A model generated the notes under the pieces. That model made no database searches and was not told the origin of the DNA. It saw nothing but the letters and a program-made list of their open reading frames with translations. A stretch of 64,000 bases of DNA from the NCBI GenBank assembly GCA_951406725.2, contig OX597815.1, positions 99,324,001 through 99,388,000 of the forward strand, written 5' to 3'. The translations under genes were made by a program, and so were the position numbers. The stretch comes from Octopus vulgaris (Eukaryota). Below, one piece after another: positions 44,780 to 58,849 of the stretch (within the stretch, counting starts at the first letter, position 1; each line of letters begins with the position of its first letter).

Positions 44780-44880
44780 ACCACATATCAGAGAAGGTTC
44801 AGTGAAACTGTTGCAAACCAAACGGCGGTGTCCCAGCATGGCCGTAGCTCTCGAGCTGAAAACCAGTAGAGAATACAAAA
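44780..44880 (+). mobile_element. Short 3' end of the CR1-like LINE
   Basis: ccacatatcagagaaggttc resembles ccacgtatcagaggtggattc (32240). Tail ggcggtgtcccagcatggccgtagctctcgagctgaaa. Confidence 0.65.
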
Positions 44881-45306
44881 AGAAAAAGAAAGAAATATAT
44901 ATATATATATATAACACACACACACACTCAGACACATGTATATTTACATATGCTTTTAAAGATTGTAAGTATATTTGTGTATATATATATTTATAAATAT
45001 CCATGCGAACGAAACCTGCTATATATATATTTTTAACCGAGTTAAGTTGTATGGGAAAACTCCGAAAAACTAAAAAGGTTCATATTCATATTGAATCTGA
45101 TACGGCTACTTGAAAACATTTGACCTTAGAATAACATACCCAGACTTTCCGGCGTAATATTGTTCAAACTTCTGGAGCCGACTACAGATTACTTTACATA
45201 CACTTACCTAATATGAGACAGGTGTGGTAACGAACCCGAGATCTCGTGATTGCAAATTTAAACACCTTTAAGTTCAACCATATCTGCATACCTATGTATA
45301 TATACC

Positions 45307-45367
<61 letters not shown>

Positions 45368-45461
45368 CGGGAAGCTTTATGAAAATAAACAAAAGACGAA
45401 GGCAGGTGGAAAACAAACGAACAATTGTATGTATATGTATGTATACAATTGTATGTATATG

Positions 45462-45502
<41 letters not shown>

Positions 45503-45731
45503 ATATATATATATATGCATATATATATATATACATATATACATATGTATACATAAATGTACACACACAAACATACGTTTATATTTATATATATATACAC
45601 ACATATATATGTATAGATATGTATATATATATATATATAAAGTTAATCCAAACAAGAAAACAAAAAGACAACAACGCGAGGATGTGGAACAAATAAAGTA
45701 TTATTGGACGCTCAGGAAAGAAGGGAAGAAG

Positions 45732-45788
<57 letters not shown>

Positions 45789-45796
45789 AGTGAAAC

Positions 45797-45945
45797 AGTG
45801 GCTGTGTGGTAAGCAGTTTGCTTACAAATCACATGGTTCCCACTGCGTGGCAACTTAAGCAAGTATGTTCTGCTAAATCCTCGGGTTGACCAAAGCCTTG
45901 TGAGTGGATTTGGTAAAGGGCAACTGAAAGAAGACTCTCGTATAA

Positions 45946-45988
<43 letters not shown>

Positions 45989-46185
45989 CGTCCACACCAT
46001 CGCTTGATACCAGATGTTAGTGTTTACGTCCCCGTAACATAATGGTTCGCCAGAAGCAACCGATGGAATAAGTACCAGGCTCACAAAGAATAAGTTCTTG
46101 GGTCGATTTGTTCGACTAAAGGCCGTGCTCCAGTATGGCAATAGTCAAATTACTGAAACGAGTAAAAGAATAAAAAGAAAAGAAT
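45797..46185 (+). mobile_element. SINE family A copy
   Basis: gtggctgtgtggtaagc...caaagccttgtgagtggatttggta...ggccgtgctccagtatggc...actgaaacgagtaaaag. Confidence 0.85.
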
Positions 46186-46204
46186 AAATATATATAACAC
46201 CATT

Positions 46205-47117
<913 letters not shown>

Positions 47118-47903
47118 ACGTGCATACACACACACACAGACACACACGCACTCACACACACGTATATAATACATGTATATGTGATAAATATGTGTATATA
47201 TATATAAATATGCGTGTCTGCTTGTGCTCTGTATGTATGTGTTTGCGTGTATACACATAGCATACATATTACATTTCATTATAAATTTCCTAACACATGC
47301 ACACGCACATACCAATTACACGGATACTATTACATACACACTTACAGACATACAGTTATACATACACTATATCTCCCGAGCACTCACACAGACAAAATGC
47401 TGCGAAACACACATATCATTGCAGTCTTACTATATTGCAAGAGCTCATTCACCAAACACATGGATCAGACGCACACACACACACATGTATTGTCCTTATC
47501 GCTTGGGAAGTTAAATATGCCAGTTTAACTTGCATTTCTCGTAGACGAACACACGTTCACAATCGGTCCATGCAGGTAGATCGTCGGCAATCGACTTGAC
47601 GGTCGACCAGCTGGAAACAGCAGCTAAATCTCTCTCTCGTGTGTGTGTGTATATATATAAATTTATATATATATATATAGATATATGCATGCATGTGCGC
47701 GTGTGTGTATGTATACATACACACCACGTGCTTACACACATACATATATAATGCATGGTTGTATATGTGTTCGTGTATCTATATATATATATGTGTGTGT
47801 GTCTATGTGTCAATATATATATATATATATAATAGATATCTCCATATATATTACATATATATTATATACATGTATATATGTATATATATATATGTATATA
47901 TAA

Positions 47904-48025
<122 letters not shown>

Positions 48026-48111
48026 TCGGGGTGAGTACTTGATATGTATATGTATGTATATGTATATATACACATGCATATACGTGTGTGTATATATGCA
48101 TATACGCGTAT

Positions 48112-48322
48112 ATAGGCATGGTTATGTTCTATGTTCTTAAAAGGTGTACTTCACAAACTCGTGGTTCAGCGTCAGGCCCATTGCATTTCACTGAGGGCAG
48201 GTGTTTTTTCATTGGCCTCCGTTCCAACAAAACCTTTGTAAGTAGCTTTCGTAGATGGAAACTAAATGGATATTCATCATATGTATATATTTCAAAATGT
48301 GACCGCGTGTGTACCGTTGGCG

Positions 48323-48417
<95 letters not shown>

Positions 48418-48458
48418 TATATATATATATATATACACATATATATACATATATATAC

Positions 48459-48518
<60 letters not shown>

Positions 48519-48860
48519 TCACATATATATATATAAATATACATATATATGTATTTATGTGTATATTAATGTTGGTTTTTATGTTGAGTTATAATAAAAA
48601 CATTTTTACATTAACCTTATGGGCTACTTTATAGAATATAATTCTATCAGTCATACACGATAATTTTGTTGATAGTGATTCGAATTTTCGGTCTTACTAA
48701 GCCATTTGCTGATGGTTTGTTTATGTCCATCGGCAAAGAAACCCCGATAGGACTTCCGGGCCAAAAAATACCAGACAAAAAAACTATGAAGTAAGACACG
48801 TTTGTTCTTCTAAGCTATTCGTAGTACCCCAGCATAGCCGCAGTGCAATTACTCAATATA
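48112..48860 (+). mobile_element. Highly degenerate SINE family A copy split by a long microsatellite
   Basis: ggttcagcgtc...aaacctttgtaagtag..gtagatggaaactaa, and later ggcaaagaaaccccgatagg...ccccagcatagccgcagtg. Confidence 0.45.
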
Positions 48861-49120
48861 ATAAGTGATTGAATATAATAATACATTCATGCACATATAC
48901 ACAGACTACATAGACAAACATACACACATACAAACACACACGCGCACACAAATGCACACACACACACACACACACAGACATATACATAATATGTGTATGC
49001 AAGCATACACACACAAACGTGTGTTTAAGTGTATGCATATGTATGTTTGCATGTATGTATGTATGTCTGCGTGTCTGCGTATGTCTATGTCTGTCTATGT
49101 GTGCACATACACACACACAC

Positions 49121-49174
<54 letters not shown>

Positions 49175-49234
49175 AGCATATTGCAGCTGCTTATAATTCA
49201 AAATTTAATTTCAATTCACCACTGCATATACATT

Positions 49235-49341
<107 letters not shown>

Positions 49342-49819
49342 GTAGGACTGTGGTCATGAATGCGTGAATATTCATGAAATACATTATTATCCGACAAATT
49401 TATTATGACATTTAGTGTATAACTTTCTGAAATTCTTTGTCGTCATATAATTACTAATTAACACATTTGCAGATCTTTTTTATTAATGTAATTCGTAACT
49501 GTATCACTCTGTCCTCTTTCTCTGCTTCTTTCCCCTCTCTCTTTTTCTCTGTACTTACGTCTAGAGGTGTCTGTTTCTGTGTGTTACTGTGTGTGCTTAT
49601 GTGTGTGTAAGGATCTGTGTGTGTTTGTGTGTGTATATGTTCATACGCGCGTGTGTGTTTCTGCGTATGGTGAGGATCGTGTATGGGCATGTGTATTTGC
49701 ATAAAGTGTATGCGTGTCATTTATTGATATTTTATTATTTATACTTCATAAGTATATATACTCTTGAATAATGTATATATATATATTTGTAAGCATATAT
49801 ATATATATATATATTGTTT

Positions 49820-49881
<62 letters not shown>

Positions 49882-50098
49882 TATACATATATATATATGG
49901 GGGTGTATGCATGTGTATATACATAGAGAGAGAGGGAGAAGAAAGAGAAATAGAGAAACATATACATATATATGTGTGTGTGGACATACTCACACACATT
50001 CATATGTGCGTGTATGTTTGTGCTTTTGAATTCTATCGCATTCACGTTATTCAGGCATATGTAATAAATACGTAAATGTATGTATATATACACATACT

Positions 50099-50147
<49 letters not shown>

Positions 50148-50227
50148 TTAAGTATATGCATATATAAATACACATACATCTGTATGTATATATATATACA
50201 CACACATATGTATATATATGTATATAT

Positions 50228-50274
<47 letters not shown>

Positions 50275-50543
50275 CATATCACATGTATATGTGTGTATAC
50301 AGATATACATAAATATATAAACATATGTATGTATGTATGTAATATTTTTCTATGTGAAGCACATGAGATAAAGCTATCTGATCTTGAATTCCATTCTGTT
50401 TTATAACCCTCCTTTTCGCCCTTTCTCTCTCCTCCTCCACTAAAGTTAATGCTTCAATTTATTTGTTTCGTTTCTATATTCTCTGTCCGTCAACTTATTA
50501 AAGCTCACCAACTAATCTAGCTTTTAATTACGCCCATGTCCTA

Positions 50544-50581
<38 letters not shown>

Positions 50582-50646
50582 ATAAGAGTAGCTCGTATAC
50601 GAGTGGGTATATATTATATACATTTATATGTATATGTGAGTGTGGA

Positions 50647-51229
50647 AAGGTTTAGCATCCAATCGTTGGTTGTTTCAAGGTATTTGGCCAGTCCGATTGT
50701 GGTGCTTTTGTACGTAAGTTCAAGCTGGATCAAGCCTCGACCTCACGTCTGCCTTTGGATGGTGCATCTTATTACAAGTCTGTAGCTTGCGGATTTTTCT
50801 ATCAATTTTCATTATTTCACTGTATGGCTTATTATATGCATTCAGCTCAGACTTCAGGACTGTTCGAACTCTTCTATAACATTCCTTCCTAACCTTCTAT
50901 TTCATGCTTGCATGCTGGATACCATAGCTTTCATTTATTTCTAGATATTTACAGGTTTGTTCCTACTCAAGTTCCGTTATAATTGTTTCGACATCTAATT
51001 CGATTGAACTTGCCTTTACCAATTTCCCTTGCTTAAAAGTGGCTTTGGCACACTTTTCAAGGCCAAACTTCATCCCGATATCATCACTGAATCCTTTCAC
51101 AGTAGTCCGTCAAGCTCTTCATCATATTTGCCATATAGTTTTAAATCATCTATATAAAATAGATGGCTTATTTTCCTGTAGTCAATTTTGTAGCCATACC
51201 CTGTTCGTTGACTTGAGAGTAGTAGTAGC

Positions 51230-51230
<1 letters not shown>
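50647..51230 (-). mobile_element. Decayed R4/Dong-like (RLE-type) non-LTR retrotransposon RT fragment
   Basis: Broken frames read GYGYKIDYRKISHLFYIDDLKLY, FSDDIGMKFGLEKCAKATF, KVRKECYRRVRTVLKSELNAYNK, KIDRKIRKL..MHHPKADV and GRGLIQLE. Contains the YxDD RT motif, with stops and frameshifts. Confidence 0.8.
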
Positions 51231-51277
<47 letters not shown>

Positions 51278-51736
51278 CTCATCATTGTCATTGTTATTTG
51301 TGCAATCTGCGCATGAATACACGAAACAAAATGAAACATGTAGTTTCAAATAATCGCCATAAATATGTATTTATGTACGTACAGACATATACATTCACAC
51401 GCACACACACATACACACACATATTAATATATATATATTCTTTCAGTGACTTATATAGAATACACATCGTGGTAATGATTAATATTGTTTGTTAGATTTT
51501 TAAAGTATTTCCTTATTACTTCCCTTAAGCTTTGCTTAGAAGCATAACCATAATATTGCTAAATCCACTGAAGCTTCAATATTTTCTGAGCCTCACTTTC
51601 TGAAAGAAATTTCGCCTTATTGTTTCTCAATTAATGAACGTCAAAGGTTGAGATGAATGGTATGTTTGTGTGTCTTTATATACATACATACATACATACA
51701 TACATACATACATACATACATACATACATACATACA

Positions 51737-51768
<32 letters not shown>

Positions 51769-52628
51769 CTGGATTGGTGAATAAACTGTCGTCTAAATTA
51801 CGCAAAATTAAAATAACATCTGATTTTAACAGATATTTTTACTAAAATTACACAGAATTATCTTGAAATACTAAAGAGTAAATTTATTCAATAAAATCGC
51901 CATTGGCTTCAACCACGGCCTTCATACGACTTCAGAATCTCCTGAAATTCTTCTGGATGGTCTCCTTGTTTAAGCTGGTGAATGCTATCATCATCTTTGC
52001 CTTCAGTTCATGTTTGGTGTTACAAAGAGTTTTGTTGGACACTTACTCAACTGCGCCCCACACATAATAACCAAGTGGGTTTCAGTCTGGAGAGTTAGGT
52101 TGCCACATGTTAGGGATGATATGGTCGCAGAAATTGTCTGATACACATGACTGCGTTCTCGTCTGTGTGGCATGGTGCAGGGTCCTGTTACCAGACATAG
52201 GGTCATCAAGCAGCCACCTTTTTCACCCAGGGCAGCACTATTTGATGTAGGCCTACATGTTGAGTGAGAGATGGTCTGGAAAGATGAATGGAGGCATAAC
52301 ATCGCCATCATTTTGTGATTACTCCAAACACCATGATGTTGACTGGATGTTTGATTTTATCACTTTCGATATATGTCCTCAGATTGAATTGTCCCCAGAT
52401 TAACACCCAAAGACTCTGAAATGTTCGTGTTGGTGCTTCCGGCGTGAATGCCAATCAGTACAGCATATCTTTTCCAAATTTCGAGCAGAGTGAATTGCGT
52501 CATGGTGCTGTTTTTCTCACAGACCTTGCCCAACTGATCTTACTAGCCTTTGTAGTCGACACAATCATAAACAAACAATGCGCATGCTTGAAATTAAAAA
52601 TCTAAAATGGCAACACATCGCACCTTGT
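51769..52628 (-). mobile_element. Decayed, internally deleted Tc1/mariner-superfamily transposon (maT/DD37D-like); transposase remnant 52503..51884
   Basis: N-terminus MTQFTLLEIWKRYAVLIGIHAG...ISESLGVNLGTIQ (HTH-like). Catalytic region PYVW*QDPAPCH and MWQPNSPD*NPLGYYVWGAVE*...RF*SRMKAVVEANGDFIE*. Multiple stops; TIRs degenerate, so ends are approximate. Confidence 0.85.
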
Positions 52629-52631
52629 GCT

Positions 52632-52724
<93 letters not shown>

Positions 52725-52822
52725 TGATGCGTATCTAGATATGCACATGTGTTTATATATAAAAACATGTTATATACCATCACCTCATGAATGTCATCAT
52801 AAATGTTGACATCTTCAGCATA

Positions 52823-53262
52823 GGCGCAGGAGTGGCTGTGTGGTAAGTAGCTTGTTTACCAACCACATGGTTCTGGTTCAGTCCCACTAGGAGTGGCTGT
52901 GTGGTAAGTAGCTTCTTTACCAACCACATGCTTCCGGGTTCAGTCCCACTGCGTGGCACCTTGGGCAAGTGTCTTCTACTATAGCCTCCGGCCAACCAAA
53001 CCCTGGTGAGTGGATTTGGTAGACGGAAACTGAAAGAAGCCCGTCGTATATATGTATATATATATATGTGTGTGTGTATGTTTGTGTGTCTGTTTGTCTG
53101 GTGTGTTTATGTCCCCGTTACTTAGCGGTTCGGCAAAAGAGACCGATAGAATAAGTACTGGGCTTACAAAAGAATAAGTCCCGGGGTCGAGTTGCTCGAT
53201 TAAAGGCGGTGCTCCAGCATGGCCGCAGTCAAATGACTGAAACAAGTAACAGAGTAAAAGAG
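52823..53262 (+). mobile_element. SINE family A (tRNA-derived), best-preserved copy, with duplicated head
   Basis: A box TGGCTGTGTGG, B box GGTTCAGTCCC, CORE-like CCTTGGGCAAGT, internal (TA/TG)n, and 3' GGCGGTGCTCCAGCATGGCCGCAGTCAAATGACTGAAAC followed by an (AGTAAAAG)-like tail. Confidence 0.88.
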
Positions 53263-53550
53263 AGAGTCAAAAATGTGATTTGAGCATTTCAAAATTAAGA
53301 TGCAGTCACTCCTGTGACTGACTCACCGATGTCTGAGACACGCTAGCTCTGTGACCGTCTAATTCACTCATCTACAGCCGACAATATTGGAGACTTTTAC
53401 GTTTTCGGTCGAGTCGCAGAGCTTCAGAAGTCTCATACATGTTTGTGACAAATTGATTAACGAGGTAGTTTTGAAGAATAGTACTAGACTATCACTGCGA
53501 TCAACTGATAGGAAGCCTGGAGAAAACCAGAATAAAGTTGGCTGGCTGGT

Positions 53551-53581
<31 letters not shown>

Positions 53582-53789
53582 TTGGCTTGTGGCTGGCTGG
53601 GCGACTGGCTGGAATCAAACACGAGCTTCGTAACACAAGCCACGAGCAGTTACGTCAATGGGATTTCTTGTACCACAACAGAAATTAAACGCACATACAC
53701 ACACATATATATCTACAGATACATACTTACCCACACATATGGAGATACATACATACATGCATACATGCACACATACATACATTATGCCT

Positions 53790-54568
53790 CTAATTTACAG
53801 GGACTTAAACACACCAACACTAGTTGTCAAGTGGTAATGCGAGGGGGGACAAACACAGACACAAAGATAGATACATATATACATGCGCATATATATCTAT
53901 ATATATAAAACTGTAGTTGTGTGAGTGTCTGTCCCCTTCGATTTAGATTCCTAACTACTCCCACATTTTGCGGTGCAGTTTAACCAGATTCGGGTATCTT
54001 ATAGTCGTGATTCATATCGAGCCCGTCTGGGTATTAGCGCGCGTCTACGATGAGTCTACGATTTAAAAAATAATTTAACATCATTTTTTATTCCATTTTA
54101 ATGCATAATTTTTCGTGTGTCGATGGCGGCGGAGTTGGCGACCATGGTCACACCTGCACCTGTTTGCTTCTCCCCTTCCCTCCCTTGTGAAGCTGTGGGG
54201 AAGGGAGTGTAAGGAAATCAACGTCGTAAAGCGTTGTCAAGGAGACCAGCGTTCTTTTAGAACAACGACTTCATGGCTTGAAGACACCAAAACAGAAATG
54301 GCTAAGAAAGCCCGAATTGGCATCTATAAGGGAAGTAACTTTCTAAAAATGCTTATATAGTTATTTCCCTTACAAACCCGAGCAACGCCGGGCGATACTG
54401 CTAGTATATATATATGCGACGGGCTTTTTCCAGTTTCCTTCTAACGAATCCACTTACAAAACTTTGGTAGGTACGAATCTATAGAAGACATTTGGTCAAG
54501 GTGCCACGCAGTAGGACTGAACACGGAACCATGTGGTTGGGAAGGAAGCTTCTAACATACAGCCACTT
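53790..54568 (-). mobile_element. SINE family A copy interrupted by the Helitron
   Basis: Left half gggacttaaacacaccaacactagttgtcaag; right half cgacgggctttttccagtttcc...caaggtgccacgcagtaggactgaac...acagccact. Confidence 0.8.
53896..54404 (+). mobile_element. Non-autonomous Helitron (~509 bp)
   Basis: Starts with TC after an A (53895). Subterminal GC hairpin CCCG(A)GC-AAC-GCCGGG at 54377..54392. Ends in CTAG (54401..54404) followed by T. No TSD. Splits a SINE copy into two halves. Confidence 0.8.
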
Positions 54569-54585
54569 TGAGGTAAAGATAGCTC

Positions 54586-54924
54586 AAATTGACATTACCA
54601 TTGTCTCCGTAAATGGACTATACTTTTCATCCATATCTCATATTTCGTTATGTATTTCACACAATGTTATGTGATACATGTCATAATATATGGAAATATG
54701 TGTTAATTCTACAGTCCATCCGTTTCTTCAGATATCAGAATCTGAAGGCACATTCCTTTAGTCAATAGTACCTCCAGATCTGAGTAAGCGAATAGACTAT
54801 AGAGTTATTACATATTTCCAGATACTGTGACATGTATTACATAATACTTTATGAATAGCATTACGTGTATGAGATATGGACAACAAATATTGACCATTTA
54901 CGGAAACGAATGCTATATCAATTT
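54586..54924. mobile_element. Fold-back/MITE-like element: ~340-bp imperfect palindrome
   Basis: Left arm aaattgacattaccattgtctccgtaaatgg...ccatatctcata...atacatgtca...tggaaatatgt mirrors the reverse complement of the right arm over ~160 bp. Confidence 0.8.
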
Positions 54925-55191
54925 CACTTCCCCTTTCTACACTTAAATTATTAATATTATTATTCACTCTGCGAGGCTTATTCTAAGACTACTGGATCTT
55001 ATTTTGGAGTTGTGAACTACTCGCATTGGTATCAATCGAAATGTTACAGATCTGCTTTTGATTTTGAAATACTACGCTAGACAGGATCTGGGATGACGTC
55101 ATAGTAAGGAATAGCAAGGATTCTATCACCGTCTACATCTGTCTATCAAGCTCTCTCTCTCTCTCTATCTCTATCTATCTATCTCTTTCCA

Positions 55192-55259
<68 letters not shown>

Positions 55260-55261
55260 TA

Positions 55262-56174
55262 TTCTTTTATTCATTTATTCTCTTGTTTCTGTCATTTGAC
55301 TGCAGCCATACTGGAGCACCGCCTTCAGTCGAGCAAATCGACCCAAGGATTTAGTCTTTGTAAGTCTAGTACTTATTCTAACGGCCTCTTTTGCTGAACT
55401 GCTAGATTACGGGGACGTAAACACGCCAACATCGGTTGTCGATCGATGGTTGGTGGACAAACACAGGCACACACGTACATGCCTGCATGCATACATACAT
55501 ACATACATACATACATACATACATACATACATACATACATACATACATACATACATACATACGTGTGTATATATATACACGACGGGCTTCTTTCAGTTCC
55601 CGTCTACCAAATCCACTCACAAGGCTTTGGTCGGCCTGAGACTATTGCAGAAGTCATTTGCCACGCAATGGGACTGAACCCGGAACCATGAGGTTGGGAA
55701 GTAAGCTTCTTACTACATAGCCATTCCTGCGCCTATTATCTTTTACTTGTTGCTATCACTGGACTGCGGCCACGCCGGAGCACCGCCTTGAAGGGTTTTA
55801 GTTGAACATCTCGTCCACAAGACATTTACTTTTTTATGCCTAGTGCTTATTCTATCGGTGTCTTTTTGCCGAACCGCTAGTCTACAGGGACGTAGTTTCT
55901 GTCTACCAACACCGATAGTCAGGCGGTGGTTGGGGACAAGCACAAGCAAATTGACACACATACATGCATATATATATATAAACACATACATATATACGTC
56001 GAGCTTCTTTCAGTTTCCGTCTACCAAATCACCTCGCAAGGATTTGGTCGGCATGAGGCTATTGTAAAAGATATTAGCCCAAGGTGCCATGCAGTGGAAC
56101 TTAACCCGGAACCATGTGGTTGGGAAGCAAGTTTCTTACTAAACCGCCACGTATATACATATATGTAGAGAGAG

Positions 56175-56218
<44 letters not shown>

Positions 56219-56670
56219 TAAGAGATAGAGAGTGAGAGAGTGTGTGAGAGAGGTACACATGCACGCAAACACACATACACACCTAAATCGACCCGGGACT
56301 TATTCATTGTAAGCCTAGCACTTATTCTATCGGTCACTTTTGCCGAACCGCTAGTGTTACAAGAACGTAAAGACAGCACTATCGGTTGTCAAGCGATGAT
56401 GTGGGGAAAAACCCAGACACATAAACACACACACACGCACACCCACCCACACCCACACACCTACCCAAAACACACAAACACACACACACATACATATATG
56501 TATATACGACGGGCTTCTTCCAGTTTCCGTCTACCAAATCCACTCACAATGCGTTGGTCGACCCGAGGCTATCGTATAAGACATTTGCCCAAGGTACCAC
56601 GCAGTGTGACTGAACCCGGAACCATGTGGTTGGGAAGCAAGCTACTTACGACACAGCCACTCCTGCGCCT
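55262..56670 (-). mobile_element. Three consecutive same-strand SINE family A copies (~55262..55733, ~55741..56150, ~56285..56670)
   Basis: Three repeats of cttattcta-cgg-c-cttttgc-gaac-gcta, cagtttccgtctaccaaatc and aacccggaaccatg. Confidence 0.85.
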
Positions 56671-56685
56671 ATATATATGTATGTG

Positions 56686-56749
<64 letters not shown>

Positions 56750-56794
56750 TAAAAAAGGAAAATACGCACACTTTACATAGTTTTAATATAATTT

Positions 56795-57260
56795 TTAATA
56801 TATCTACCGGTTTCGCTATCGCTATTCATGATATTATGTTTTACTTATTTGAATATGTATTTTCTTAAGAAGAAATTTTCCCCATGTTTTGTGTGATGAT
56901 ATTTATGAGTGAATGACTTCACAAGTAGAAAAATAAGGGAAGGTAATTGGTTATCGTTATTATTGTTATTGTTGTGGGCAAGGGAGATATCTGTTCAGCT
57001 TTCGGTAAGGAGGAGTATATGTACAGACAAAAAAAGGTTTCGAAAAACTTGTTTAGTGAGGAGATTTATGTACAGTGATGTAATCGTGAATTGAAATTAT
57101 ACAAAAAGATAAAGGTTGGTTGTACGTACATATTAAGAAAAAAGTTTCTTTGTTTAAACGTTCTTGTGGAGAGATTGTTTTATTGCACTGGTAGAAGGGG
57201 AAATTTGGTTTGATGCTATCTTCACATTTTTCTATATGTCCACTGTGAACATATAAGTAC
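56795..57260 (-). mobile_element. Penelope-like element 3' remnant (GIY-YIG C-terminus plus pseudo-LTR with degenerate hammerhead)
   Basis: Peptide SGHIEKC..IKPNFPFYQC..TISPQERLNKETFFL resembles the R-x-x-x-E-x-x-F end of PLE GIY-YIG domains. A hammerhead-like motif follows downstream at 56833..56800. Confidence 0.55.
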
Positions 57261-57417
57261 ACCTGAGGCTGTGCTGGAAGCTGACATGTTAATAAGAATC
57301 TACTGGATAAGCTGGATTTCAAACCCATACAGACGTAATCGTACACCTAACTGTACACACAGGATAAATAATATAAGATAGATACATACATACATACATA
57401 CATACATACATACATAC

Positions 57418-57850
57418 ATGGCTGTGTGTTAACAAGCTTGCTTCCCAACCACATGGTTACGGACAGTCTCACAGCGAGGCAGCTTGGGCAAGTGTCTTGT
57501 AATAGTCCCGGGCCGACCAAAGACTTGTGAGTAGATTTGGTAGACAGAAACTGAGATGAAGCCCATCGTATGTATTATATATATGTGTGTGTGCGCGCGT
57601 GTGTGTGCGCGTGTGTGTGCGCGTATGTGTGTGCGTGTGTGTGTGTGTCTTTGTGTCGATGTATGTCACTCCCATCGCAGGCTGGCAACCGGTGCTGGTG
57701 TGTTTACGTCCCCGTATCTTAGCTACTCGGAAAAAGAACCCGATAGAATACCTACTAGGCTTTAAAAAAAGCTCTGGGGTAGATTTGTTCGACTAAAATC
57801 CTTCAAGGCCGTGCTCTAGCATGGCTGAAGTCAAATGACTGAATCAAGAA
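57418..57850 (+). mobile_element. SINE family A copy
   Basis: tggctgtgtgttaacaagcttgcttcccaaccacatgg...cttgggcaagtgtctt...ggccgtgctctagcatggctgaagtcaaatgactgaa. Confidence 0.85.
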
Positions 57851-57908
57851 ATGAACATGTAGGTATATGCATATACATATATGCATACATATATACATAC
57901 ATATATCC

Positions 57909-57993
<85 letters not shown>

Positions 57994-58221
57994 GTTTTAT
58001 AAACTATAGCCATCATTTGCACGCGTATATGACAGCAATAGCATATACCATGTGTTCGCTGAGTGATATCGGTTTCTTAGTCTTTTGGAGCATATCAAGA
58101 CTCTTTCTAGTCTCCATTCACGCACCTGTTTCAGCACAACATCGTGTCTGTGGCAGCTGAACTTGGTGTGTATTCCTTTTTAGTTGAGTAAAGGCCCCAC
58201 ATCCACAATGCACGCCCCAGC

Positions 58222-58741
58222 CGCGAAATTTTTTCTCCCACGAGAGTTCTGGACTCCAGTAATGAATTCATTAGCATACAGCCAATCAGAGCTCACCTTG
58301 ACCTTGTTGTGAAGTTAACAAACACACTCTACCAAGTGAACTTAAGGCGAAGAACGATGCTGTAAGTCAACCGATCGCCAAGTTATGACTGACTTTAGAA
58401 GGAGACAAGTAATAAGATAGATTTGCATCTATAGCTATTATCGAATTTTGTTAAGGCTCCATATGGTAGAGATATGGATGGGAAAATGTGGGCAGAGGAT
58501 GATGTGCTAGCAACCCTCACCCCGTACTGTTTTAAAAAATAAAGAATAACACAACTACGCAGAGGCAGCGTAGTTAAAAGTGAAAACAAGTATGGTCATT
58601 CCTTACCCAAGCGACCTTATCTTATCACCCATCACTTGTTATGCGCTTATAAGTTAGTTTGATAGCTGAGTCTGATTGGCTGTATGCAAATGTGTTCATA
58701 ACTGGGGTCCGGAAATCTCATGGGAAAAAAAAAATTTCGCG
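58222..58741. mobile_element. MITE-like element with ~75-bp terminal inverted repeats
   Basis: cgcgaaattttttctcccacgagagttctggactccagtaatgaattcattagcatacagccaatcaga versus reverse complement cgcgaaattttttttttcccatgagatttccggaccccagttatgaacacatttgcatacagccaatcaga. Confidence 0.8.
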
Positions 58742-58849
58742 TCCCGGCCAACAAAGAGAAGTCAGAATCTTATGAATCGCTAGGGACGTACTTCAGCCAT
58801 ACAGACTCAAAGTTGGCCTTACAATCTATTTTTAAAAATATATATCTTT

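Noticed and set aside
52823-52950. SINE heads as functional tRNA genes
   Set aside because: They have A/B boxes but no complete cloverleaf and are fused to SINE bodies.
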